NCBI GenBank assembly: GCA_963830365.1
Contig: CAWHMU010000035.1
Location: forward strand, 1 to 64,000
Direction of reading: 5' to 3'
DNA length: 64,000 nt
DNA from: an uncultured Chlamydiae bacterium
Lineage (GTDB): Bacteria; Chlamydiota; Chlamydiia; Chlamydiales; Parachlamydiaceae
Both the position numbers and the translations under genes were made by a program. This document shows, piece after piece, positions 19,610-29,772 of this stretch; within the stretch, counting starts at the first letter, position 1, and every line of letters begins with the position of its first letter. The notes beneath the pieces were generated by a model. It ran no database searches and was not told the DNA's origin. It worked only from the letters and a program-made list of their open reading frames with translations.

Positions 19610-20596
19610 ATGACAAAGGTTTTTATGTTACCAAAATTTCTCGTGGTATGTCTACTTTGCTTAACCAAGTTGTCTGCCGACTCGGCAGTCACTTATGATT
19701 TCAGTGGCGGACGTTTTGGGGACAACGTGCTTGCATATCTGCATACAAAATGGCTTTCATATCACTATGACATTCCTCTGCTTTACAAACCATTTGCCTA
19801 TTCATCCGAGCTGCTATTAGATGGTAATGAAATCCCTTACAGCGCAGCCTGCCACAACTACGCACTCCAACGGACTTTAAGTGAGAAGGCACCAGAACCT
19901 CTTTTAGACAATTGTCTTTTTGTCTGCCCCTATTTCCCTGAAATCGAATGGGAATTGAAGAAAGAACATTATTTCACTTTTCCTATCGATTGGAAAAACC
20001 CGGAATTCAGAAAGCTTGCCAACGAAATGGTTTCATTAAAGAACGAACGACCTCTCACATATCCTCCTGGAGACACTCTTTCTATAGCCATTCATATGCG
20101 TGAGGGAGGAGGATTTGATGATGAAGAACACAAAATCAAACATCCCTTAAAAACACCTCCGGTGACTTTTTATATTGACAGTCTCAAAAGCGTGTTGGAT
20201 TTATTTCCAGGTCAACCGCTGTACTGCTACATCTTTACGGATGCATTACACCCGGATGTATGGATCGATAAAATCCAGCAAGCACTTCCAGAGGCTCCGA
20301 TTACATTCGCATATCGCAGTCAAGGCAACAGGCATGATTCGAATGTTTTAGAAGATTTCTTTTCACTATTCAATTTTGACATTCTCATCCGTGCAGAATC
20401 CAACTACAGTATTGTTCCTTCGCTAATTCACGATTATGCGGTTGTTTGTTATCCAAAGACCTATTCAATCAAAAGCAGAGTTGTCACGATCGAACAAATC
20501 ATCGTCGATATCGATGACGAATGCTTGCAAAAATGTCTGGATAAATATGTGGACAATTCAACTGTCACGATAGGAGACAATAATGAAAGGAAATAG
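19610..20596 (+). CDS. GT11 / alpha-1,2-fucosyltransferase-like protein with signal peptide
   Basis: GGRFGDN, AIHMREGG (HxR), YIFTD, EDFFSL, ESNYS resemble GT11 motifs. Confidence 0.62.
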   Translation: MTKVFMLPKFLVVCLLCLTKLSADSAVTYDFSGGRFGDNVLAYLHTKWLSYHYDIPLLYKPFAYSSELLLDGNEIPYSAACHNYALQRTLSEKAPEPLLDNCLFVCPYFPEIEWELKKEHYFTFPIDWKNPEFRKLANEMVSLKNERPLTYPPGDTLSIAIHMREGGGFDDEEHKIKHPLKTPPVTFYIDSLKSVLDLFPGQPLYCYIFTDALHPDVWIDKIQQALPEAPITFAYRSQGNRHDSNVLEDFFSLFNFDILIRAESNYSIVPSLIHDYAVVCYPKTYSIKSRVVTIEQIIVDIDDECLQKCLDKYVDNSTVTIGDNNERK

Positions 20597-21258
20597 TTTT
20601 AGAATTCTAGCGGCACTGTACATGCTATTTTAAATAATTGTTCATGTCTATGACGGCGATGTAAATGAAAAATGGCCGAGTCCCACACCATGGCTTAAGG
20701 ATCGCTGCACTGACTTTTTAGAAGAGATGCCGCACAATGCGCGTGTCGCTGAAATCTGAGTGCAATGCGGAGGCTTCGCAAGTGTTATATTGCGACAAAC
20801 AAATCTAAAAAAGCTTATTCTCATTGATTTCTGGGAACAACAAGACCCGACTATTTATGATGATCCCGAAGCCAATGTTCCAGACCACCTGCAAGAACAC
20901 CTATATCAAGAAACAAAAAACCGTTTTGCTGTCGATTCACGAGTCGTTATTTTGAAAAAATATTCCAAAGATGCCGTAAAACTATTCAAAGACGAGTATT
21001 TTGATTGGGTATATATCGATGCCAATCATGGCTACGATTCGGCCAGTGAAGACATCGCTCTTTGGTGGCCAAAGGTCAAAAAAGAGGGCTATTTGGCGGG
21101 TCATGACTACATCGTCAGAGAATCTTTCGGTGTTTTGCAGGCTGTTAATGAGTTTCTCAATGAACAGGATCTCAATTTCAGCTTTCTGACCAACGAAAAC
21201 AGTGCAGCCACTCACAATGACTTATGACAGCTGGGCAATTCAAAAACCAATTGATTAA
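20583..21258 (+). pseudogene. Methyltransf_24-like methyltransferase pseudogene
   Basis: ATG 20583; in-frame TAA 20631 and TGA 20757 (VAEI*VQCG = broken EIGV motif); YIDANHGY, GHDY; frameshift before terminal YDSWAIQKPID. Confidence 0.82.
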
Positions 21259-21282
21259 GAAAGTTGATTGATCACGCCCTCT

Positions 21283-21352
21283 CCTCTGTGATCTCTGCTG
21301 ACGCTGTGGTGGTAAATATTTAAAACCAGAGTCCGCAGAGATTGCAGCGAAG
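21283..21352. repeat. Imperfect palindromic dyad-family repeat
   Basis: CTCTGTGATCTCTGC...GCAGAGATTGCAGCG; similar to 13632-13665. Confidence 0.5.
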
Positions 21353-21589
21353 GGAATTAATCCAAGCTTAATCAGGGGCATTATCGGTTAGATTCGACAG
21401 TCTACAGAGCTGCCGCAGTCATCCATAATCTACTCTTGAGTGCATTCAGGAATAAAAAATCGCTGACACTCCTAACAAGGTTATTCTTTAATGAAGGTGG
21501 ACTTGGAGTGGCTCGAATGACCGTTTGACAAGAAAAAAATTATACTGCATACAGATTGGTTCATTAATTTCCTGTGCCTTCTTATAATC

Positions 21590-22372
21590 ATGGAGATATT
21601 CATGCGTAACTTTCTTTCAAATCTGACACTCCTGTGCCTTTTTGCCGCCGACGCGACCGCCTCCGATTATCCTTTCTACCGCTTTGAACTTCCCGAAAGC
21701 TCGCTTGCTATTATCCAAAAATTCCTGCCAGAAGACCCCGTCATTATCGATGCCGGAGCTTTTGATGGGAAGGAAAGTGTCGTCATGTCCAAGCTCTGGC
21801 CGAATGGCACAATCCACTCATTTGAACCCGTCCCTTACTTATACAAAATACTTTTGCGCAACACCAAAAGTGCACCTAATATCTATGCCTACAATTTTGC
21901 TTTAAGTTCAACTAATGGGATGGCAGAAATGCACTTATCGGTAAACGATAATGCTCCGAACATACCTGTGATGTCCAGCTCGCTGCTTCCTCCAAAAGAT
22001 CATTTTCTTTTTTCTCCGGAAGTCATTTTCCCAACTGTTATTCCTGTATATACCTATAACTTGGACAGCTGGGCAAAAGCCTTTGATATCGACAGGATAG
22101 ATCTAATGTGGCTCGACATGCAGGGTGTTGAACTCAACGTATTAAAATCCTGTCCCGATATTTTAAATACAACCAGCGTTATCCTAACGGAAGTTGAATT
22201 CACTGAAGCCTATGACGGACAATATTTATATCAAGATGTAAGGGATTTTTTGGAAGAACAGGGATTTGTCCTGATCGGAGGAAATTTCAACCCTGAAAAC
22301 CCCCGTGAAAACGGCTCATTTTTTGGCGACGCACTCTTCATCCGTTTTGAACTTTTACTCCCCAAATGGTAA
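21590..22372 (+). CDS. FkbM-family methyltransferase with signal peptide
   Basis: IDAGAFDG, HSFEPVP, MWLDMQGVEL, LTEVEF, FGDALF. Confidence 0.9.
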   Translation: MEIFMRNFLSNLTLLCLFAADATASDYPFYRFELPESSLAIIQKFLPEDPVIIDAGAFDGKESVVMSKLWPNGTIHSFEPVPYLYKILLRNTKSAPNIYAYNFALSSTNGMAEMHLSVNDNAPNIPVMSSSLLPPKDHFLFSPEVIFPTVIPVYTYNLDSWAKAFDIDRIDLMWLDMQGVELNVLKSCPDILNTTSVILTEVEFTEAYDGQYLYQDVRDFLEEQGFVLIGGNFNPENPRENGSFFGDALFIRFELLLPKW

Positions 22373-22820
22373 CGCAATGACGACTATGTTTTCCTTCACC
22401 ATTTCGTATCACTAAGCGCTTGAAGATCAATATTTCTCCATGGGAGCAGCCACCCACATCCGATTTCTCATCAGTCAGTATAATGTTGCTGAGCTTCATA
22501 GGAGCCGCCATAGCTTTAGCCCATGCCATAGCGCCATACGGTGCAAACCGCGGGTTACAAATATAACAGCTTCCAAGGAGCACAGCCACAAACACATAAC
22601 GGCTAAAGGGAAATTAGGATGCAGCAACTTTCCTTAGCGCTGTAATGCCTGCATTGCCACCTGAATTTATCGTCGGGCTTGAGGCGCACCTTGTCGAAAA
22701 CTCCTGGGCGCAGCTATACGCCTAAAGGGGTTCGTTGAAGATTTATAAATCGTGAAAGATAAAAACCTTTGTTTATATTTATAAAACTCTAGTCACAGGC
22801 TTTTTTGCTAAAGCCGCACA

Positions 22821-23711
22821 CTATTTAACCCTAATTTGTTGATTCATCAGCATTGAAATCTGGTCAATATAAGACCAACCATTGATCGCCTTTTCTCTTT
22901 GTTCCTCAATATGCTTTAGACACGAATCTTCAAGCAGCGGCCTGATTGATAAAATTGTATCAAAGAAGTCTATCCCGATGCGATTCGTTGTAGACTCTCG
23001 CGTGTAATAGCCACCTACGTCGACACGATGCCAATAATAGGTTCCAGGCAAATATGTCATTTTCGATCCGGTGAGCACCTGCCTAAGTCCAAACGAAAAG
23101 GTGTCTGTTGTCAACCGTGGGGGATACCCTCCTGCATTGTCGAAGCTGGTGCGGGTATAAAGGTAATTCCCTGACCATGGCGGCGTATTTTCATTTGCCA
23201 AAAGGGCTTCGAGGTCATAATAGCCATCGGCAGTAGCATATTGCACGGTTGACAAAGGGACGAAATCACATTTGAAATATCGCATGCCACCAAAGGAAAC
23301 AACGTCGGCTGATGTTTCATCCATCCTTTCAATCAACCCTTGGATGGAATCGGGACAAAGGACATTATCTGAATCCAAACAGAAAATCAAATCGCCCCGG
23401 GAATGATAAACACAGGTATTGCGTGTAAGGCTGCCTCCCTGATTTCTCAAATGCCTATACACCTTGATTTCAGGAAACGCCGATGCCAATCTATCTAAGA
23501 TGGAATGGGTGCTATCTGTAGAGCCATCGTCTGTACAAACGATCTCAAAAGGGCATTGCAGATCATTTTGGAGATAGATCGAATTGATGGTCTCTTCTAT
23601 CCAATTCTCGCAGTTATAACATGGTATGATATAGCTCAAAAAGTGTTCGGAAGATTCAACTTGTCCGCAAAAACACAAGTAAGCCAATACACATGCAACA
23701 AAACGTCTCAT
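22821..23711 (-). CDS. GT2-family glycosyltransferase with signal-peptide-like N-terminus
   Basis: SYIIPCYN, TDDGSTD, NQGGSLTRN, CLDSDN (DxD). Confidence 0.9.
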   Translation of the reverse strand: MRRFVACVLAYLCFCGQVESSEHFLSYIIPCYNCENWIEETINSIYLQNDLQCPFEIVCTDDGSTDSTHSILDRLASAFPEIKVYRHLRNQGGSLTRNTCVYHSRGDLIFCLDSDNVLCPDSIQGLIERMDETSADVVSFGGMRYFKCDFVPLSTVQYATADGYYDLEALLANENTPPWSGNYLYTRTSFDNAGGYPPRLTTDTFSFGLRQVLTGSKMTYLPGTYYWHRVDVGGYYTRESTTNRIGIDFFDTILSIRPLLEDSCLKHIEEQREKAINGWSYIDQISMLMNQQIRVK

Positions 23712-23822
23712 CTTATCATCCTTAAAAATTAAAAAGTCTCTGCCGAGTCAAGGGGACATATATTTTGTGATAATGGAATTTTTTCTCAAATATTCTAAAA
23801 ACAGGATTATCCAAATCCGCTG

Positions 23823-25367
23823 TCACCATCTGACAACTCCATTGCCGTCTACTATGGCATTTTGAATAATATTCAAAAACTCACCTACAGGAATACCCCA
23901 CGCCGTGCTCTTGCTGCCAAACGACACGAGACCATGCAACGCAGGGGCCATAACGGTTCTGGCAAGCAACAGCTGGTCTTCGGGGATCATCTCCAAAAAG
24001 CCATCCTGGCTGATTACTAAATCATAAATTTCAGGTTCACCAGCCTTAAGGGTACTAATAAAATTCACATTTGTTATCCCATTTTTGTTGAGGAAGGCCG
24101 CTTTAGAAAGCAAAAACGGAGGACGATCATAACAGGTATAACTGGAGAAGCCGGATATGTCGTATAGAATTTTACATAAAATTCCATCTTTACCACCAAT
24201 TTCAGCAATCTTCATCTCCCGAAGGCTATCCCCATATTGATTAAGGATATCGCAAGCTATCTTCACATACCTAAGGACAGGAGGTGAAATCAATATTCCT
24301 TTGTCGTCATAATGGACATCCAATCCTTGCATAAAGCCGAATTCAACCGATTGCACGAGATAATTTTCGATTAATGGATATGTCATTTTGGCTTCTTCCC
24401 TGAATTTCAAACCTTCATTCAGACTGTATTTAGAGATTAGTCTTTGACATCCGGTAATGAAATGAATGTGGTGCCCGGTCACTAGCTCGTCCTGCATTTC
24501 CATCACACGGTCAAACCAATAAGGGGCATAAAGTTTTTCTCTAGACCATTCCATGCCTTCAAATTCTTGGATTTTCCGCAACAGAAACTCTTCAGTCACC
24601 TCTTCCCATGTATCAATAATTACAATGGGAAGATCTTTATATAACGGATTTAAAGTCGTACTCTTAACGATCGGATAACATCCCATCAAAAGGGCTTCCC
24701 AAGTGCGATGGCAATCCAAACCATTTCCCGGTGGGCTCACAACAAATATTGTATCGGAAAGATCGTGGAGATATTCACTAAATGGTTTGGGATTTTCTTT
24801 GCGGCAAAAAGGGCAATTCTCGAAATACTTCCTACAAGGGTACCGCGAAGCTATATTTGTACTTGTGCTGAAATTTAAATAACTAAGAAAGAGTTTTGAT
24901 TCTATTCGCTTTTCCAGTGAATTAGGTATGTAAAAATCGAGAAGGGAAACATCCCCGTGTGACCAGACAGTATTGGCGAGCCCAATTGGAATTGGAATCA
25001 ATTTATCTGTGGGTTCACAGTCGATATTTTGCACCAACCACCGGTAGACCATTGGACTTTCCAGAATGGGGCGATGAATGCCGGGCAAAGGATCGTCCCC
25101 CCCCTGCTCGGAATTGGCAGTGACCAAGATAAACTTATTTTGGATATAAGGGAGATAAGATTCTAGGAATTTTGATAATGAATCATGCTCACAAAAAATC
25201 GTATCGCCTAACTGAACTTTGGCAGGGTCGAACGTGCTATAAATTGACAGCTCCCAGTCACAAAAAAAACGCCATGTGTCCCCGGCAAGGTAGGGATAGC
25301 TTGAACTTCGTTCTTTTGCACAAACAATTGAAATCGGCAGCAAAATCAGCAAGATCCATCTCAGCAT
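23823..25367 (-). CDS. Exostosin/GT47-like domain fused to a divergent sugar O-methyltransferase-like domain, with signal peptide
   Basis: PIPIGLAN, SPPGNGLDCHRTWEALLMGCYPIV; C-terminal SPPVLRYVK, IAEIGGKDG, YDLVIS. Confidence 0.68.
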   Translation of the reverse strand: MLRWILLILLPISIVCAKERSSSYPYLAGDTWRFFCDWELSIYSTFDPAKVQLGDTIFCEHDSLSKFLESYLPYIQNKFILVTANSEQGGDDPLPGIHRPILESPMVYRWLVQNIDCEPTDKLIPIPIGLANTVWSHGDVSLLDFYIPNSLEKRIESKLFLSYLNFSTSTNIASRYPCRKYFENCPFCRKENPKPFSEYLHDLSDTIFVVSPPGNGLDCHRTWEALLMGCYPIVKSTTLNPLYKDLPIVIIDTWEEVTEEFLLRKIQEFEGMEWSREKLYAPYWFDRVMEMQDELVTGHHIHFITGCQRLISKYSLNEGLKFREEAKMTYPLIENYLVQSVEFGFMQGLDVHYDDKGILISPPVLRYVKIACDILNQYGDSLREMKIAEIGGKDGILCKILYDISGFSSYTCYDRPPFLLSKAAFLNKNGITNVNFISTLKAGEPEIYDLVISQDGFLEMIPEDQLLLARTVMAPALHGLVSFGSKSTAWGIPVGEFLNIIQNAIVDGNGVVRW

Positions 25368-25747
25368 ATAATTTCCTGTCTTGAATTTGATATGAAAAAA
25401 GATTCCAGGTTACCAAGCCAAAGCAGTTAACCACGGCATACGCTCAATTTGTAAGTTGAAAAGCTGTCTGCCATCAAATAGCTCCTGAACACAGCTTAGA
25501 GTCGATTTACTCGATAATTTCAGGCTTGTGCGCTAAACCATAGTCATTCAAGATTCAAATGTCAATAATTCTTGATATTCAGCGTAGGGGAACTTTTACT
25601 CGCACTTGCATGCACAAAATTTTCCGGAATAATCTTTCAATCCCTTTACTCTGTTGTGGGGCTACGAAATAATGTTCGCATTCACACCTTTTAAAAAAAA
25701 CACCTTTCCTAAAATCTGTCATTTTCAGCATAAATTGCGAAAGAAAA

Positions 25748-25858
25748 GTCCGTGATTGGTTAGAGGCATGAGGATTTGTTCTCTGGGCCGGCAATTTTTA
25801 ATTTCCACGGGCTAAAACTCAATGGTTTGGAGACTGGTTATTTGTCGTAAAGAACTAG
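25748..25858 (+). pseudogene. C-terminal remnant of an FkbM methyltransferase
   Basis: VRDWLEA*GFVLWAGNF*FPRAKTQWFGDWLFV aligns by eye with VRDFLEEQGFVLIGGNF...FFGDALFI of 21590-22372. Confidence 0.7.
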
Positions 25859-26366
25859 TGGATCGCTGACCAGTTTCATAAAAATATTCTCTTATGACTA
25901 TACCAAGCTCTTTACTTATTGATACAGCGCATCGGCGGTGTGGAACCGTCTATCTGCCAGCGGTATTCATCTAAACAGTCTATTAATAAAGGAAAAACGA
26001 TTATGAAACGAATATTATGTCTTTTTCTTTTGGCTATAACCACATTGCTATCATCTCATGAATACAGTCAAAACCATGCAATTTCTTATCAGGGGGGAGA
26101 TCGCTTTGGGGATCGGATGTTGGTATATGCACAGGCCCGTTACTTAAGCTACATTACCTCGGTGCCTTTTTTATATCGGTCTTTCATTTATAGCGATCTC
26201 ATCACAGCTGACCATGAAGCGGACTTATTTGATGATCAAAAAACGAACTTCCAGCAAACTCTGGTAATTAATTCATTCGATTCATTAAACGAATTTTTCC
26301 ATCGCATAGATAATCCAGAATCACCATCGACGCTCTTTATTGTCGGCTATTTTCCTTCGGATATAA

Positions 26367-28082
26367 CCTCATTTCCCGTAAGAATTATAACTAGGTACAA
26401 TACAAGTCATTAAACAACAATGCTTTGACACTTAACTTTAAAACTTCTTTCCTTTTTTCATGGTTATAATTATAACCATGAAAAAAGGAAATCATATGAC
26501 CTATCGAGTACATCAGATAAACAAGAAAACTGGCATTACATATGTTTATGAGGCTGTTTCATGCTGGGATAAGAAAAAAAAACAAGCGCGCAATAAACAG
26601 GTGTGCATTGGCAAACTTGATCCTGCCAACGGAGAATTCGTTCCGGCTAAGCGTCTTGCGCCTGAACAAGCTGCTGTTAGAGATCCGATTGTCACAGCAT
26701 CTGCCGAGATAGTAGGATCTTCGATTATTCTCGACACCATCACCGACCAGTTAGGTCTGGAAGGGCTGCTAAAATCCAGCTTTCCTAAGGAGTACCGACA
26801 GATTCTAACAATGGCTTACTATCTCGTTTCCCAAGGTGGTCCTTTGAGCCATTGTGGGGCGTGGTGCAAAAGTCATGCACATCCTTTTGGAACACCATTA
26901 ACGAGCCAGTGCATCACTGAGATCCTTCGTGCAATTAGCATCGACAAGAAACAAACTTTTTTCACGAAATGGATGAATAAGGTTTTGGAGGATGATTACC
27001 TTTGTTACGATATCACTTCCATCTCATCATACTCAGAACTCAATGAATACATCAAATACGGCCACAACCGTGACTTAGACAAGTTACCGCAGCTGAATCT
27101 TGCCATACTCTTCGGCCAAAAGGGACGCTTGCCCGTGTATTTCGAACGGATTCCAGGAAACATCACCGATGTCACTACATTACACAACCTTCTAAAGACC
27201 TTCAAAGCTTTGGAGACAAAGACCCTTCACTATGTGATGGACAAGGGGTTCTACAGCAAGAAAAACGTTGATGAACTGCTTGCTTCTAGAGACAAGTTCA
27301 TGCTATCGGTTCCTCTGAACAATAAATGGGTACAGCACGCTATTGATGATATCTATGAGGTCATTCACGGGCCTGAGGGATACCAAAAGCTTGATGATGA
27401 AATCCTTTATGTCCACTCTCGCCTCTACCCATGGGGAAAGGACAACCGTCGCTGCTACCTACATCTTTACTACAATGCACATGCACGGGCTAATGCAGTC
27501 GATCGGTTTAGCGAGGAACTGGTTGGATACAAGAAGGAACTGGAATCAGGAAAAGCCATAAATGAGCACCAAGAAGCATATGATACATTTTTTGTGGTGA
27601 AGACAACCCCTAAACGGGGAATTCAAGTTTCGTACAACACCCAGGCTGTAAACCAGTACATTAATCGCTATGCTGGATTCCAAGCATTGCTGACCAATAG
27701 CATCAAAAGCCCAACGGAATCTCTACAGATCTATCGAGACAAAGACATCGTGGAAAAGTGCTTCGATGATCTTAAAAATCAGTTAGACATGAAGCGTCTG
27801 CGTATGCACAGCTCTGCAACTGTTGATGGCAGGCTCTTCGTTCAGTTCATTGCTCTTATCTATGTAAGCGCTTTACGTAGAGAGATGAGAAAGTCTACGC
27901 TTATTGAGCGCTACACAGTTCGCGAGCTTCTGCAAGAAATGGACACGCTAACCAAAGTGAAGTATTCCGGCAAGTACGGGCACATTCTCACAGAGATGAC
28001 GAAACCACAGCGAGATATTTTGAAAGACCTGAACATTACCCTGCCTAGCAAGACCTAGTTATAATTTTTACGGGAAATGAGG
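26367..28082 (+). mobile_element. IS1634-family insertion sequence, 1716 bp, complete
   Basis: 30-bp terminal IRs (26367-26396 and 28053-28082, 1 mismatch) and 6-bp target duplication ATATAA (26361-26366 and 28083-28088). Confidence 0.95.
26460..28058 (+). CDS. IS1634-family DDE transposase
   Basis: YDITSISSYS, YGHNRD, GNITDV, VMDKGFYS, YRDKDIVEKCFDDLKN. Confidence 0.93.
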   Translation: MVIIITMKKGNHMTYRVHQINKKTGITYVYEAVSCWDKKKKQARNKQVCIGKLDPANGEFVPAKRLAPEQAAVRDPIVTASAEIVGSSIILDTITDQLGLEGLLKSSFPKEYRQILTMAYYLVSQGGPLSHCGAWCKSHAHPFGTPLTSQCITEILRAISIDKKQTFFTKWMNKVLEDDYLCYDITSISSYSELNEYIKYGHNRDLDKLPQLNLAILFGQKGRLPVYFERIPGNITDVTTLHNLLKTFKALETKTLHYVMDKGFYSKKNVDELLASRDKFMLSVPLNNKWVQHAIDDIYEVIHGPEGYQKLDDEILYVHSRLYPWGKDNRRCYLHLYYNAHARANAVDRFSEELVGYKKELESGKAINEHQEAYDTFFVVKTTPKRGIQVSYNTQAVNQYINRYAGFQALLTNSIKSPTESLQIYRDKDIVEKCFDDLKNQLDMKRLRMHSSATVDGRLFVQFIALIYVSALRREMRKSTLIERYTVRELLQEMDTLTKVKYSGKYGHILTEMTKPQRDILKDLNITLPSKT

Positions 28083-28900
28083 ATATAACCGAATGGGATC
28101 AAGACAAAAGTAATTGCCTTCTATTGAATATTTCCTGGTATGAGGAAGGCTTTCACGAATATCTGAAAAATTCAGCCTCTCCGCGCATCCAAATCCCTGA
28201 TTTGACAAAAAAGGGCGTTTTAAATGTTGCCGATCATGTCCGCGCCTTAAGCGGGAATGACACACCTGAGACTTCCATTCAGTTCTTACCATTAAAGGTT
28301 CCGAATCTGGACTACCATAAAAATCAGATCAGAAGGGTTTATGAATTAAATCAGCATCGGCCGATGCATGTGTTTCTCTTTAGTGATACAAAAAAACCTG
28401 AAGCTCTTATCGAGGAATTCCGCAATAGCTTTATTGGTTATGATATTGAATTCGGAATCCAATACTTGGAAAATCCCGATACCAATTATGCCGTCCAAGA
28501 TTTTTTTGCGATGCAGAAATTTGATGTGTTGATTGCTACACAATCAAACTTCTCGATGATGGCATCCAGAATAGGCACGCCCGGTATGGTAATTTTTCCT
28601 ATTAGAGTCCAAGGAACATACCCAAACGCCTGGGTTGACAGAATTCAACTCATCTCGAAAAAATCTGAGTGGTTTCCCTACGACTTAGATATTACAGTTA
28701 AGGATTATAAAAAATGATTTTCAAACCAACGTAACTGAGTACATGTTCATGAGGCAGGGTGGTGTATTCTCCTTGTGGAGTGCCCGCAACACTTTCTGTA
28801 AAGGCACGCGCACAAGCACAAAAACGCACTACTCCTTCAGCGGATTTGGCAGGCAATTTCCAAGCTAATAAAATATAATTCTACAACCATATTGACGATG

Positions 28901-29563
28901 CTACGATTGCTTTGATCTTTCCAGCACGTGTCTAGCTTCATTTTCGTCGATCACGACGAATTGATTAAGATCCGGCTCGTAGCAATAGACATCGGCTTGA
29001 GCGATATCGAACCACCAACCATGCAGGCGCAGCTGTTTTTTCTCGATGCGCTCCTGAATAAAGGGGTAGCTTGCAATATGCTGCAATTGTTGCAGCACAT
29101 TGACTTGGGAAAGTTGATTATGCTCGGCTAAGCCGGGACTGATGACAAATCCATTTCTCACTTTTTTTAAAGCTTCTTCCCCATATTTAAGCCAAGATCC
29201 GAGGTGCGGACAGCATTGCGTATCGGTCCCATGCGCAAGCGCCTGCATGGCACCGCACTCTGAATGGCCACATACAATGATGTCAGAAATATTTAGAGAA
29301 AATATAGAAAATTCAATGACGGCCGAAGCGCCATTGTCATGTTGAGTGGCAGATGACGGAGGGATCATATTGCCGATATTTCGCAAAACGAATAAGTCAC
29401 CGGGATTTGTTGAGGCAAAAAGATTTGGCACGACACGGCTATCGGAACAGGCAATGAATAGGGTGTCCGGTTTTTGTCCAAGCGCAAGCTTAGCAAAGAG
29501 CTCGCGAGACTCTTCGGTGAGGTTATTTCTAAAATCGACAATCCCCTGTATAAGCTTCTTCAT
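28901..29563 (-). CDS. Beta-class carbonic anhydrase
   Basis: GQKP, IACSDSRV, PGDLFVLRNIGN, CGHSECGAM. Confidence 0.95.
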   Translation of the reverse strand: MKKLIQGIVDFRNNLTEESRELFAKLALGQKPDTLFIACSDSRVVPNLFASTNPGDLFVLRNIGNMIPPSSATQHDNGASAVIEFSIFSLNISDIIVCGHSECGAMQALAHGTDTQCCPHLGSWLKYGEEALKKVRNGFVISPGLAEHNQLSQVNVLQQLQHIASYPFIQERIEKKQLRLHGWWFDIAQADVYCYEPDLNQFVVIDENEARHVLERSKQS

Positions 29564-29772
29564 CCTGCAAATATCTTCCTTAAATTAGTCCGGGTACTAA
29601 TGCATAGTATAGATGACTTCTTCAATTTGCTGGAATTAGAAAATCCATACTATCTAGTTCGCTGGTGCGTATGCCGATCGGCGCAAAAAAACAAGACCTG
29701 CGCAAATCAGTAGCCACACCCCAATCCTCAAACTCCAATGACGTCATATTTTTTTTCGAAGTTAAGAAAAAT

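Larger units (their letters stand above)
26003..28717 (+). pseudogene. GT11-like signal-peptide protein interrupted by IS1634 (paralog of 19610-20596)
   Basis: GDRFGDR N-half and HVR/LFSD/QDFFAM/QSNFS C-half; removing 26367-28088 restores in-frame FPSDITEWDQDKSNCLLLNISW. Confidence 0.88.

Noticed and set aside
20757..20759. TGA recoded as Gly, Trp or Sec (also TGA at 13452 and 25769)
   Set aside because: The 20583 and 25748 pseudogenes also carry TAA stops (and a frameshift), and TGA is a normal stop in many ATGA overlaps in this window
22338..22637. Short ORFs between the FkbM and GT2 genes
   Set aside because: No recognisable motif or RBS; possibly decayed sequence but cannot be assigned
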